DNA from: Chiloscyllium plagiosum
Lineage: Eukaryota
DNA length: 64,000 nucleotides
Reading direction: 5' to 3'
Assembly (NCBI RefSeq): GCF_004010195.1
Contig: NC_057719.1
Location: forward strand, 89,038,649 to 89,102,648
Part shown: positions 50,361 to 63,795 of the stretch, one piece after another
Position numbering within the stretch: the first letter of the stretch is position 1
How the letters are laid out: the number at the start of each line of letters is the position of its first letter
Position numbers and translations under genes: made by a program
The notes under the pieces: model-generated
Told to the model about the DNA's origin: nothing
Seen by the model: only the letters and a program-made list of their open reading frames with translations
The model's database searches: none

Positions 50361-50400
50361 GTTCCTACTCTTGGACCAAAAGACCTGGGCTTGGTGCAAG

Positions 50401-50720
50401 ATTTGGAGATACCGGTGTTGGACTGGGTTACAAAGTTAAAAATCACACAACACCAGGTTATAGTCCAACAGGTTTAATTGGAAGCACTAGCTTTCGGAGC
50501 GACGCTCCTTCATCAGGTGATAATGGAGGGCTCTATCCGAACACAGAATTTATTGCAAGAATTTTATTATAATGTAACTGAAATTATACATTGAAAAATT
50601 GATTGCCTGTTAAGCCTTTCATCTGTGAGAATACAGTGATAGTTTCACTTCTTTCATGTGTAAATCACAAAATCTTTTCTTTAAAATGTTGCATTCTCGG
50701 GTTAGCTGTTAACAATGTTA
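50401..50720 (-). mobile_element. Family B PLE-type terminal repeat with an intact hammerhead motif (50485-50519, -)
   Basis: Minus strand: cac-CTGATGA-A-GGAGC GTC GCTCC-GAAA-GC-TA-gtg. Confidence 0.8.
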
Positions 50721-50867
50721 ACAGCCGGGCAGAGGCTGATAGCCAAGTTCGGTACCCATAGTGAGGGTCTCAACCGAGACCTTGGGTTCATGTCCATAAG
50801 ACCATAAGACAGTGGAGCGGAAGTAGGGCCATTCGGCCCATCAAGTCCACTCCACCATTCAATCGTG

Positions 50868-51180
50868 GGCGGCACGGTGGCACAGTGGTTAGCACTGCTG
50901 CCTCACAGCGCCAGAGACCCGGGTTCAATTCCCACCTCAGGCGACTGACTGTGTGGAGTTTGCACGTTCTCCCCGTGTCTGCGTGGGTTTCCTCCGGGTG
51001 CTCCGGTTTCCTCCCACAGTCCAAAGATGAGGTGAATTGGCCATACTAAATTGCCCGTAGTGTTAGGTAAGGGGTAAATGTAGGGGTATGGGTGGGTTTC
51101 GCTTCGGCGGGTCGGTGTGGACTCGTTGGGCTGAAGGGCCTGTTTCCACACTGTAATCTAATCTAAAATCTAATCTAATC
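50868..51180 (+). mobile_element. HE1-like SINE
   Basis: GGGCGGCACGGTGGCACAGTGG head, B-box, (AATCT)n tail. Confidence 0.92.
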
Positions 51181-51593
51181 TCTTAACTTCTTATTTAAGT
51201 TATGTTCTATTTTCTTTATAGTGTTTGAAGATTTTGTCTGTCTTCATTTTCCTAAATCTTACATATGCTTCCTTTCTCATTTTGATTAAACTCTCAATTT
51301 CTCTTCTCATTCAAGTTTCCCGAATCTTTCCATCCTTACCCTTCACTTTCAAAGGAATATGTTGGTCCTGATCTCTGATCAACTGGCTTTTAAAAGATTT
51401 TCACCTGACTGAATTGGATTTACCCTCAAACAGCTGCCCCAAGTTACATTCCCCATTGTTGTGGTTAGCCTTCCTCTAATTTAATACTTTCATCCAGGGG
51501 CTACTCTGCTACTTAGTGGGATATAAAATGGAGCTGGAAAAAGCACAGCAGGTCAAGCTGCATCAGAGGAGAAGGGGAGTCCAAGCAGTGGAA

Positions 51594-52062
51594 TGTGGTG
51601 GAACGGTTAAAAATTATGTCCCAATACATGTGTGAATCTAACTGGAATGGAGGTGTTGCTTAGTCCCGTGTGAATCTTATTACACACCTCCCCGTGTGAA
51701 TCTTCTTATCTGTATGTAACCAGAATGGAATGTGTTTTTTAGCCTTGCTCTGCTGTTCACATGAATGTTTATATCTGGAAAAGAGTATATCAGCTGGAAA
51801 AGTGTCTAGTTCGGTGAGTCTGCTCCGGGGTTACGTTTTAACCGCCGAGCGTGGGTTGTTGGCAACCGCTCTACGAGAACTGACGGCTCCCAGTTCCGGT
51901 AACATGTAGAGTGGTATAAGCCAGACCCGTTGTAAGTATGAGACCTGGTTGTGGCGACGCTGCGGGGAATAAAATGCTCATATTCTAGCAGACTCGCCTC
52001 TTGGTCGTTTGTTCTGTGTCAGACTACTCTCCTACGAACCTGACCTTGAGAATTTTTTAACA
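51594..52062 (+). repeat. Probable retroviral/LTR-retrotransposon LTR
   Basis: TG...CA termini, short repeats in U3 (CCCGTGTGAATCTT twice), TATA-like GTATAT near 51786, AATAAA at 51968. Confidence 0.55.
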
Positions 52063-52560
52063 CAAACCCAGACAGACAAAGACTCACATGCACACCTATA
52101 TTTTGTGGGGTGAATTTGTATTTGCAGGGTTACATTGTACTTTGCTCAAAAACTGCATGAATTTATGTAAAACTCTGTTATCTCACTTTTTAGATTAGAA
52201 TCAATCTAAACATCAAGGCATAGATGGAGAACACAGGGGGCCAACACCTTCAACATATTGTCTAGCTATCACCATTGTTAACAGCTAACCCGAGAATGCA
52301 ACTTCTTTAAAAAAAGGTTTTGTGATTTACACATGAAAGAAGTGAAACTATCACTGTATTCTCACAGATGAAAGGCTTAACAGGCAATCAATTTTTCAAT
52401 GTATAACTTCAGTTACATCACACTGTAAATTCTTGCAATAAATTCTGTGTTCGGATTGAGCCCTCCATTATCACCTGATGAAGGAGCGTCGCTCCGAAAG
52501 CTAGTGTGCTTCCAATTAAACCTGTTGGACTATAACCTGGTATTGTGTGATTTTTATCTT
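52063..52560 (+). mobile_element. Family B PLE-type terminal repeat with an intact hammerhead motif (52472-52506)
   Basis: cac-CTGATGA-A-GGAGC GTC GCTCC-GAAA-GC-TA-gtg. Confidence 0.8.
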
Positions 52561-54556
52561 TGAACAAGTTTGTTAGAAAAACAAGGGAAGTCAAGGAGAG
52601 AATAAAAACAAAAGGCATACAATGTGGTGAAGATCGGTGGGAAGCCAGAGGAATGGGAGGAGTTTAAACACCAGCAGAGGACAACTAAAAAAGCAACATG
52701 GAGAAGATGAAATATGAGCAAGCTAGTAACACAAAAGAATACTGAAAGAGATCTTCATATGTAAAGAGGTAAGACAAAACATTGGACAGCTGGAAAATGG
52801 GGCTGGAGAAGTAGTAATGGGAAACAAAGAAATGGTGAAGGAATTGAACAGTGACTTAGAGTCATAGAGATGTACAGCACGGAAATAGACCAGTCCATGC
52901 CGACCAGATATCCCAACCCAATCTAGTCCCACCTGTTAGCATCTGGCCCATATCCCTCCAAACCCTTCCTATTCATATACCCATCCTGATGCCTTTTAAA
53001 TATTGCAATTGTACTAGCCTTCACCACTTCCTCTGGCAGATCATTCCATATTTGCAACCCCCGGTACATGAAAACATTGTCCCTTAGGTCTCTTTTATAT
53101 CTTTCCCCTCTCACCCTAAACTTCTGCCCTCTTGCTCTGGACTCCCCCACCCCAGGGAAAATACTTTGTCTATTTATCATATCCATGCCCCTCATGATTT
53201 TGCAAACCTTTATAAGGTCACCCCTCAGCCTCCAACGCTCCAGGGAAAGCAGCCCTAGACTATTAAACCTCTACCTATAGCTCAAATCCTCCAACCTTGG
53301 CAACATCCTTGTAAGTCTTTTCTGAACCCTTTCAAGTTTCACAACATCCTTCCAACCTGCCAACTTGACATTAGTCTTCATGGTCACCAGAAGCCGATCA
53401 GAACTTCAAGACAGTCAGGTCAAAGGTGACTTTGGTGGCTATTACAGAGGAGAAGATGTTGGACAATCTTCTGAAGATGAATAAAACATATGGATAGATG
53501 CACTACAGCCCAGGATTCTGAAGGAGATCATTTGTAGAGGCATTGGTGATTGGTGATCTTTCAGGCATCACTGGAGTCATGAATGGTTCCAGAAAACTGG
53601 AAAATGGCTAATGTAATCCCCTGTTTAAGAAGGGAGGGAGGCAAAAGACTGGAAATTACAGGCCTCAGTTGTTGCTAAGGTTTTAGAATTCATTATTAAG
53701 AATGAGATCGTGAAGTATTTGAAACTGCATGGTGAAATAGGGCTGAGTTAGCATGGCTTTGCCAAGGGGAGATCATGCCTGACAAATTTGTTAGAATTCT
53801 TTGAGGAGTTAACGAGTAAGTTAGACAAAGGAAAGCCTATTTAAATCTCCAGAAGATCTGCATTGGTATTCACTGAGGAGAGGGACATGACAGATGTTGA
53901 GGTTGGGGATAGATGTTTGATTACTCTAGATCAAGTCAGCCTAAGGAGGGATGAAGTGTTGGATATACTAAAAGGTCTGAAGGTGGACAAGTCAGGTGGG
54001 ATCTATCCCAGATTTCTGAGGGAAGCAAGAGAGGAAATAGCTGGGGCCTTAATAGATATCTTTGCAGCATCCTTGAACATGGATGAGGTCCTGGAGAATT
54101 GTCCCCTTGTTCATAAGGGTAGCAGGGATAATCCATCTAATTATAGACTGGTGAGCCTGACGTCAGTGGTAGGGAAGCTGCTGGAGAAGGTATTGAGGGA
54201 TAGGATCTATTCCCAGTTGGAAGAAAATGGGCTTATCAGTGATAGGCAATGTGGTTTTGTGCAGGGAAGGTCATGTTTTACTAACTTAATAGAATTTTTT
54301 GAGGAAGTGACAAATTTATTGACGAGGGAAGGGCTGCAGATGTCATATATTTAGACTTCAGTAAGGCATTTGATAAGGCTGCCCATGGTAGGCTGATGGA
54401 GAAAGTGAAGTCGCATGGGGTCCAGAGTATACTAACTAGATGGTTAGAAAACTGGCTCGGCAACAGGAGACATAGCAATGGAAAGGAGTTTCTCAAAACC
54501 AAGAACTGTTACCAGTGGTGTTCCACAGGGATCCATGCTGGGACCACTGTTGTTTG

Positions 54557-54590
<34 letters not shown>

Positions 54591-56000
54591 CCTGGAGGAA
54601 GTTATAGGTAGTTTGATTAGCAAGTTTGCAGATTACACTAAGATTGGTGGAATAGCAGATAGTGAAGAGGGCTGTCTGAGAATGCAGCAGAATATAGATA
54701 GATTGGAGAAATGGCAGATGGAGTTCAATCCAGGCAAATGCGAGGTGATGCACTTTGGAAGATCCAATATACAATAAAGGGAAATGCCCTGGGAAAATTG
54801 ATATACAGAGAGATCTGAGTGTTCAGGTCCATTGTACCCTGAAGGTGACAAAGCAGGTTGATAGAGTGGCCAAGAACGCATACAACATGTTTTTCTTCAT
54901 TGGATGTATTGAATACAAGAGTTGGCAGATCATGTTACAGTTGTATGAGACTTTGGTTCGGCCACATTTGGAATACTGCGTACAGTTCTGGTCACCACAT
55001 TACCAAAAGGATGTAGATTCTTTGGAGAGGGTGCAGAGGAGGTTCACCAGGATATTAGGTCTAGATTAGAGTGGTGCTGGAAAAGTACAGCAGGTCAGGC
55101 AACATCCGAGGAGCAGGAAAATTGACATTTCGGGCAAAAGCCCTTCATCAGGAATAGAGCCGATGAAGGGCTTTTGCCCGAAATGTCGATTTTCCTGTTC
55201 CTCGCATACTGCCTGACCTGCTGTGCTTTTCCAGCACCACTCTAATCTAGCCTCTGGTTTCCAGCATCTGCAGTCCTTGTTTTTATGTAGCTGTTTTTGT
55301 CAGGATGTTGCCTGGTATGGAGGGCATTAGCTATGAAGAGAGGTTGAGTAGATTACGATTACTTACATTAGAGAGAGAGGTTGAGGGGAATCTGATTGAG
55401 ATCTACAAAATCATGAGAGGCATAGACAGGTTGGACAGCAAGAAGCATTTTCCCAGAGTGAGGCTCTCCATTACTAGGGGTCACAAGTTCAAGGTGAGAG
55501 GGGAAAAGTTTAAGGGAGATATGTGCGGGAAGTTCTTTGTGCAGAGTGTAGTTGTGCCTGGAACGCGTTGGCAGTGGAGGTGTTAGAGAAAGACACAACA
55601 GCATCATTTGAAATCTTTTTGGACAAATACATGAATGGGCAGGGAATAGAGGAATACAGATCCTTCAAAATGTAGGCGACAGGTTTAGATAGAGGATCTG
55701 GATCGCAGGCATGGAGGGCCAAAGGGCCTGTACCCATGCTGTAATTTGCTTTGTTCTTTGTCTTGAACTGCGTGCCACACAGGAGCTGTTAAATATGATA
55801 ACAGCAGATTATGTCAGGGGCAAAGTACTGGCATAGATAGAGGATTTGCTGACTACAGATGACAGAGTTTGAGAATAAATGGGTCTTTCTGTAGATGGCA
55901 ACCAGTGATCTGTAGGGCACAGTGTTGGGGCCATAACTATTCATGTTATACATTAACAATTTAGGTGAAGGAACTGGACAAAGATAGCACAGGTGAAATA
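52561..56000. mobile_element. Cluster of nested CR1 LINE fragments (mostly +; one - copy at about 52856-53350)
   Basis: 'NYRLVSLTSVVGKLLE', 'RSCFTNL', 'SGVPQGSMLGP', 'EYCVQFWSPHYQKDV'; (AT)n expansion near 54558-54588. Confidence 0.88.
55057..55300. mobile_element. Head-to-head PLE family A-related mini-insertion in CR1
   Basis: Inverted arms; TSD-like CAGGATATT / CAGGATGTT; motifs at 55124-55151 (-) and 55160-55187 (+). Confidence 0.8.
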
Positions 56001-56059
56001 AAATATAGCATCTTAGTCGGAAGAATGGAGACAATGACAACTTTCTAAATGTTGAACAC

Positions 56060-58600
56060 ACTACCTGTGCCTCTGCTTCCTACCATGTCACCCCCATAGA
56101 CAACACCAGTGCTGTGAATACCACTGACAATGTCGCTTCCGCCAAAGTCACCACTTATGCTGATGCCACCAATCACGCAACCACTGACGTCACTGCTAAT
56201 CGCATGATCCCACACATATACTCACCCCAGAGACAATCTCCACCCCAACTCTCAACACCAGTTCAACACTCAGTCCTAGCCCTAAGCCCGGGCGGATATT
56301 TACCATTCCCCCAGACCTCCCCCTCAGTGGGTGAATGGTCAGTCCTCAGCAAAGGACACACCTTCATTCCAGTATACCTATATATCAACAAGTTTTGCAC
56401 ACATCTAGATGTCGAACACTTTTTCCTCCACCTCTATGCTTACTTCTTTGAACGTGAACTCCACCCACCCTCTAAAGACACCTTCCTCTGCCTCCAACAA
56501 ACTCCATCCTCCTTGGCACCCTGTGCTGGCCTCTTACCCTCCCTTGACCGTTTCATCTCTAACTGCTGTCATGACATGAACAGCCTCAATCTCTCCATCC
56601 CCTCACCCACTTCAACATCACCCCTTCAACTTCTAACCCTAACCTCATCGTCAAACCAGGTGACAAGGGAGGCACAGTGGTAGTTTGGTGCACCAAACTC
56701 AACCTCACTGAAACCACACTCCCAACTCACTGACACCTCCTCCTACTGCCCCCTCGACCATGAGTCAACCTGTCATCACCAAACCATCATCTCCAAGACC
56801 ATCCACAATTTCATTGCCTCAGATCTCCCATGTCATAGTTCCCCAACCCCACGCAGCCTATTCCTATCTTTGCCCTAAAATACATAAACCTGACTGCCCC
56901 AGTCAACCGATTGTCTCTGCCTGCTCCTGCCCTACTGAACTCATCTCCTCTCATCTTGACTCAGTCCTGTCCCCTTTGGTCCAGGAACTCCCCACCTACA
57001 TTCAGGACACTACCCATGCCATTTACCTTCTCCATGACTTTCAGTTCCCTGGACCCCCCAACGCCTCATCTTCACCATGGATATTCAGTCTCTGTATCCC
57101 TCATGAGGAGGGCCTTAAGGTCCTCAATTTTTTCCTCTCCTGCAAACCCAACTAGTGCCTCGCCACTGACGTGCTCATTTGCTTGGCAGAACTGGTACTC
57201 ACCCTTAACAATATTTTCCTTTCAATCCTCCCACTTCCTACAAACCAGATGGATGCCCATGGATACCCACATGGGTCCGAACTATGCCTACCTCTTGGTA
57301 GGGTACCTGGAACAGTCCCTCTTCCTCGGCTATACTGGCACCATCCTCTTTTCCTCTGTTACATCACTGTATTGGTGCTGCTCCATGCTCCCACGAAGAA
57401 CTCGAACAGTCCATCCACTTCACCCACAGCTTCCACCCTGACATCAAATTAACGTGGACCATCTCTGACACCCGCCTCCTCTTCCTAGACCTCTCTGTCT
57501 CCATCTCTGCCAACCAACTCAGCATTGACATCTACTACAAACCCACCGACTCCCATAGCTACTTTGATTACACTGCCTCCCACCCCCACTTGCAAAAATG
57601 CAATCCCTTACTCCCAATTCCTCCACCATAGGACCCAATTCCTCCTCCCAGGACGAGCAGTTCCACTCCAGAATATCCAGATGTCCTCCTACTTTAAGGA
57701 CTACAATTTCTCCTCTCCCATGACCAATAATGCCCTCAACTGTATCTCCTCTGCGCTCAAACAAAACCCACTCAACCATAATGAGGATAGTATTCCCCCT
57801 GGTCCTCACATTCCATCCCATTAATCCTCAAGTACAACACATCATCTTCCGCCACCTCCGGTCTTACCCCACTACCAACATAATATTCCCCCCCCCCCCC
57901 CCCCCATTCCGCCTTTTGCAGGGACTGGTCCCTCCACAACTTCCTCGTTAGGTTTATACTCTTCTCCAAAACATCCTTCACATCTGGAACCTTTCCCTGC
58001 GGCTGCAGAGGTACAAAATGTGCCCCGCACCATTCCCCTCACCTCCGTCCAAGGGCCAAAGAATCTTTCCAAGAGATTTGCATGCATTTCTTCTAATCTG
58101 ATTTATTGCATCCCGATGTGTCTCTTCTACATTAAAGAGACTGAGTGCAAACCGAGGAACTGGTTCAGGGAACCTTTATGGTCTGTCTGCTTCAATCAAC
58201 CCCACCTCCCAGTTGCCATCCATTTCAACTCCTTCTCCCACACCCCTGATGACATGTCCATCCTGGCCCTCCTCCATCATTAAAACAAGGCCATACGCAA
58301 ACTCGAGGAAGAACACCTCATCTTCTGCTTCGGGAGCTTATATCCATAGGGCCTTTAACATAGAATTCACATTTTCCAAATCCCAGCTCCAACCCTCCCC
58401 CTTAGCCTGACTCAACCTATCCATCTTCTTTTCCACCTGTTTGATCCACCCTTCTCACTGACCAATCACAGCCACCTCCTATCTGCATTCACCTATCACC
58501 ATTCCACCCACCTTTTCCCCAGCCCAATCTCCTCCCTCTATTTATTTATTATTTGGCATCCCACTTCCCCTCCCGACCTGCTGTGCTTTTTCAAACTACC
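56060..58600 (+). mobile_element. Long degenerate Penelope-like element (RT plus GIY-YIG)
   Basis: 'VLSKGHTFIP', 'PKIHKP..PIVSACSCPT', 'PMDTHMGPNYA', 'KNAIPYSQF', 'FACISSNLIYCI..FYIKET..EPL..HFNS'. Confidence 0.88.
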
Positions 58601-58609
58601 TTATCTACT

Positions 58610-60295
58610 CCTATTTTTCTAAACAGTGAAAGGCTTCAGAAATCTGGAGCACAAAGGCACTTAGGACTCCTAGTTCAAGTTTTTGTTTATGTTACCATGT
58701 AAATTCAGTTGGCAGTTAGGAATGCAAATGCAATCTTAGCATTCATTTCAAGATGGTGAGATATAAAGCCATTGTTGTATATCTCTTTTTTAAGGCTCTG
58801 GTCAGGCTGCATTTTGAAGATTGTGAACCGTTTTGGACTCAGTATCTGAGGAAGGATATGTTGGTACAAGAATAGGTTTACAAGAATGATCTCAGTGATG
58901 AAGGGCTTGTCATATACAGAGTCATAGACTCATATCTCTTCCATACATTCACCCTCTGTGTGAAAAAGCTGTCCCTTAGATCCCTTTAATATCTCTCCCC
59001 TCTCACCTTAAATCCAAGCCTTCTAGTTTTGGATCCTGGGAAAAAGACCTTGGCAATTTATCCTATCCATGCCCCTCATGATTTTATAAACCTCTATAAG
59101 GTCACCCCCTCAACCTCTGACATTGTGGGGAAAATAGCCCCAACCTATTCAGTCCCTCCCAATTGCTCAAACCCTCCAACCCAGCAACATCTTTGTAAAT
59201 CTTTTTGCACCCTTACAAGTTTAACAACATCTTTCCTACAGCAGCTAAACCAGAATTGAATGTGATATTCCAAAGTGACCTAACTAGTTGAGTATTCTGG
59301 GACTGTACTCAAAAAGTTCAGAAGGATTAGCGAGAATCTCATTGAAACTTAGAAGATATTGAGAGGCCTGGTCAGAGAAGGGATGGCATGGTGGCTCAGT
59401 AGTTCGCACTGCTGCCTCACAGCGCCAGAGACCCAGGTTCGATTCCTACCTCAGGCGACTGTGTGTGTGGAGTTTGCACATTCTCCCCGTGTCTGCATGG
59501 GTTTTCTCCAGGTGCTTTGGTTTCCCACAATCCAAAGATGTGTAGGTCAGGTAAATTGCCCATAGTGATGGGTGCATTAGTCAGGGGTATATGTAGGGTT
59601 GGGGAATGGGTCTGTGTGGTTACTCTTTGGAGGGTCAGTGTGGACTTGTTGGACTGAAGGAATTATTTCCATACTGTTGGGAATCTAATTTTTCCATGAG
59701 TAAGATAAACCAGAACCTGAGGGCACAGGCTCAGAATGAAAGAATAACACCTCATATCTGAATTCAGGTGGAATATTTTCAGCTAGAGGGAACCTACTAT
59801 CTTATTCTGAGTGACAAATAAAATTCATGAGATCCTCACATTTGTTGGAATTGAGAATGAAGTTTGTATACGGCTCTGGTCAGATTATATTTGAAATATC
59901 GAGCAGTTTGGGCCCCATAATCTAAGGAAGGAAGTATTGGCATTGGACGTTCAGAAGAGTGAACCCGGTGATGAAGTGCTTGTTCTATGAGGAGCACTTG
60001 AGAACTCTGGCACTGTGCCCAATGGAGTTTAGAAGGATTACTGAGAACCTCATTGAAACTTATAGGATACTGAAGCCTGGACAGAGTGGAGGTGGAGAAA
60101 GTATTTCCAGACTAGAACCCGAGGACACAGCCTCAGAGTAATAGAATCACATTTCAGAACTGAGATGTGGAAATTTCTTCAGCTGAAGGTGGTGAATCTG
60201 TGGAACTCTCTGCTGCAAAAGGTGGTGGATGCCAAGTTATTGGGTGTATTTAAGATAGAGGTAGAAGGCAGGAGAATGGAGTTGAGAAACATATC
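58610..60295. mobile_element. CR1 fragments with a nested HE1-like SINE (59383-59690, +)
   Basis: CR1 3'-region similarity on both strands; SINE head 'GGCATGGTGGCTCAGTAG'. Confidence 0.7.
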
Positions 60296-60499
60296 ACTCT
60301 CCGTTAGCTGATGAAGAATCATCTGGACTCAAAACCTTAGGTTACTGTCTGTCTACCGATGCTGCCTGAGCTCCTTCGATTTCCAGCGTATTTTGTTTTC
60401 AGTACAGATTCCAGCATCTGCACTAATTTTACTCTAATATACTCCAATATATTATGGTCTCATGGTCTGAACACTCAGCAAAACAACCGTATTTTGAAT

Positions 60500-61150
60500 T
60501 GGAAAACGAAAAATGAAGAAAGTACTGCGCATGTTCCAGCCCATGTGATTGATGTCAACTCTGGCCCAATAGGAAATTAGGGGCGTGGCTGGACCGAGCG
60601 CAAGCGGTTTGTCCTCCAACCAATCGGAGTGAGTCACGTGATTGCCTTCGACAGCAGGCTCTGCGCTGTTGTGTTTGCACTGTTGGCCTTTACGGAAGGT
60701 GTAGAACACGGTAATGAAAACGGGAGGGAAATGGTGATCGTACAGCATAAACGGTTTTAGAAACGCATGTCGAAAAAAGAGCAAATTTTAACTTCCCTGT
60801 CCCAGGTTTGTAGCAAATGCGAAATCGGCTCTGGGCGTAGGCTGTTATAGCCCCCTGGTAACCGCCACCATCTTTACTGCGGGCAATGATCCGCCAGATA
60901 CGTGTTCGCGGCCGCCATATTTTTAGGTGGCAAAGTGTAGCGGGAGGCATGCGCAGTCTTCCGTGTTGCCCCGACTGGGAGAGAGCCTGTATTTCCGGGA
61001 GATGCATTTAACGCTGGCGAAGTACTGAAGCAAAGAGCTGGCTTCAGGCAGCGTAGTTACTGCTATTACACGGCAGGTATTTAGTGGAGGCGAAATTCTT
61101 GTAACATGTGAGTGCTCCATATTACCTGTTGCAGTTTCCCGGCGAAGTAG
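60500..61150. promoter_or_regulatory. CpG-island-like housekeeping promoter, possibly bidirectional
   Basis: NRF1-like TGCGCATG (60525) and GCATGCGCA (60947); CCAAT boxes (60566, 60620); GC box GGGGCGTGGC; E-box GTCACGTGA (60633); YY1-like GCCGCCAT (60911); plus-strand donor CAG|GTATTT at 61076/61077. Confidence 0.7.
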
Positions 61151-62525
61151 GGAAGCCCTACTTTAAAAGATTTTGATCAATCAAAATATATCCGTTTGTT
61201 CAGTATTCGTACAATTGGGATCATAATACTGAACCTTGCTGTGATTTACCCCAGTGCTCCCTCTTCAACACATCCTCAATATCTGACTTCCTCAGTCTCT
61301 AATATTGGATGCGTTTTAGCTGTTTATTATTTTATAACTGAGTTTTCCACTGCTGTCCAATCCTTGCTGTTGTCTTTTCAGATTCATTTGTACACAATTT
61401 ATTTCACAGTCAGGCATTCCTTTTCCAGGATGGGAGTCCATTTCCCTTACATTTCTGACCATCAAATTCTGCACCATTTTCATTCCCTGTAATTCATTTT
61501 GCATACCCTCAAACATGAACTCTGTTTCTCCTTTCACAGATACCAACCATTATTGGCAAAGTCCTGGAATCTGTGGAGAATGTAATGATTAACCTTCTTA
61601 TACTGATGTAATTTTTTTTGGTGAATGTACTTCCACAATGCAATTAGGTAATGACTTGCAGATCATTCACCAAGCAATAGTGAAGAATTACAATGTATGT
61701 CTGAATTTGACACGATTCTAATGTAACAGAAATATTGTAGAGGAGCTTTTGACGAGAAGCCACAGGTGGAGCTATTAGGTCCGGTGACCAAAAGCATCGC
61801 GAAAAGAGCAGGTTTCAGAAATATCTTAAAGGAGGAGTGCAGACCTCAGGTTTATGGTGAGAATTCCAGACTCTATTAACTTGGCAACGTTAGAAACCAT
61901 CACCAATGGTGAAGCAAGGAATTGTTGGAGTCTGAAGCTAAATGAGTTGTTGAGGCCTCAAAGGTTGTGTGCTATAGGGATGACCACAGCAAGGAATTAA
62001 GTCATGGTGAGATTTTAAAAATGTTGCTTTTAAATAGGAGTCTTTGTGGATTGGGGAGCACAAGCGATGAGGGGTAAAACAAGTCTTGGAATATGTGAGC
62101 GCTTGGTCTGCGAAGTTTTAGATATTCTTGAGATTACAGTGAATTTGAATGTGGAAAGCCATCTTGGAGTTTGTTAGGATTGTTAAGTCTAGAAGTAATA
62201 AAGGAATGGGCAAGAGTTTTAGCAGCAGATGAGCAGAGATTAGGGTGATGTCACAGAGATGGAAATAGGTGTTCTTGCTGCAGGACTGGGTTCTTGCTTT
62301 CATCTCAACTCACTGCATATCAGCGAATTCATACTTGAGAGAATCCATTCACTGCTCTATGTGGGAAGGTATTCATGCGGTCAGCCAGACTGCTAGGACA
62401 CCACTGAGTTCACAAGTAACTCCAGTGACTGGATTTCGGTGTGAATCATTTTTGGGAGGAAGTCTATGTTACTAGGGTCTGTTTCTCCTGCTGTATATAA
62501 ACTACAGAATTTTCTCTTGGGATGT

Positions 62526-62565
62526 GAGTTCTGCGGAAGGGTTACTGAACCCAAAACGTTAACTC
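62526..62565 (+). ncRNA. Decayed hammerhead motif in an old PLE-type tail (further family)
   Basis: gagtt-CTGCGGA-A-GGGTT ACTG AACCC-AAAA-CG-TT-aactc: 5-bp stems I and II intact, two core substitutions. Confidence 0.55.
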
Positions 62566-62756
62566 TGATTCCTCTTCACAGACGTTGCCAGACTTATTGA
62601 GCTTTTCCAGCAACTTCTGTTTTTGTTTAGATTTTATTGACTGTGTCTAGTTGCCCTTGAGACAGTGGTGGTGAGTTGTCTACTTGAACCGCTTTAGGTA
62701 GATTCATTATGCCCTTAGGTAGGCAATTTCAGGATTTTGACCAAGCAACAGTGAAT

Positions 62757-63795
62757 AGAGTCGTAGTCATAAAGATGTACAGCACGGAAACAGACCCGTC
62801 GGTCCAACTCATCCATGCCGACCAGATATCCCAACCCAATCTAGTCCCACCTGCCAGCACCCAAATCCTTCCTATTCATATACCCATCCAAATGCCTCTT
62901 AAATGATGCAATTGTACCAGCCTCCACCACATCCTCTGGCAGCTCATTCCATACACGTACCACCCTCTGCGTGAAAACGTTGCCCCTTCGGACTCTTTTA
63001 TATCTTGCCCCTAAATCTATGCCCTCTAGTTCTGGACTCACTACCATAGGGAAAAGACTTTGTCGAATTATCCTATCCATCTGCGTGAAAACGTTGCCCC
63101 TTAGGACTCTTTTATATCTTGCCCCTAAATCTATGCCCTCCAGTTCTGGACTCACTACCATAGGGAAAAGACTTTGTCGAATTATCCTATCCATGCCCCT
63201 CACAATTTTGTAAACCTCTAAGGTCACCCTTCAGATTCTGACGCTCCAGGGAAAACAGCCCATGCCTATTCAACTTCTCCCTATAGCTCAAATCCTCCAA
63301 CCCTGGGAACATCCTTGGGAATCTTCTCTGAACCCTTTCAAGTTTCACAACATCCTTCTGATAGGAAGGAGACCAGAATTGCATGCAATATTCCAACATT
63401 AGCCTAACCAATGTCCTGTACAGCTGCAACATGATGTCCCAACTCCTGTACTCAATACTCTGACCAATAAAGGAAAGCATACCAAATGCCGCCTTAACTA
63501 TCCTATCTATCTGTGACTCCACTTTCAAGGAGCTATGAACCTGCACTCCAAGGTCTCTTTGTTCAGCCACACTCCCTAGGACGCTTTCCCAAAATGCAGC
63601 ACCTCGCATTTATCTGAATTAAACTCCATCTGCCACCTCTCAGTCCATTGGCCCATCTGGTCTAGATCCTGTTGTAATCTGAGGTAACCTTCTTTGCTGT
63701 CCACTACACCTCCAATTTTGGTGTCATCTGCAAATTTACTAACTGTACCTCTTATGCTCGCATCCAAATCATTTAGATAAATGATGAAAAGTAGT
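62757..63795 (-). mobile_element. CR1 LINE 3' part with an internal 114-bp tandem duplication
   Basis: 'SKFADDTKIGG', 'EYCMQFWSPSY'; duplicated unit at 62967-63080 / 63081-63194. Confidence 0.9.
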
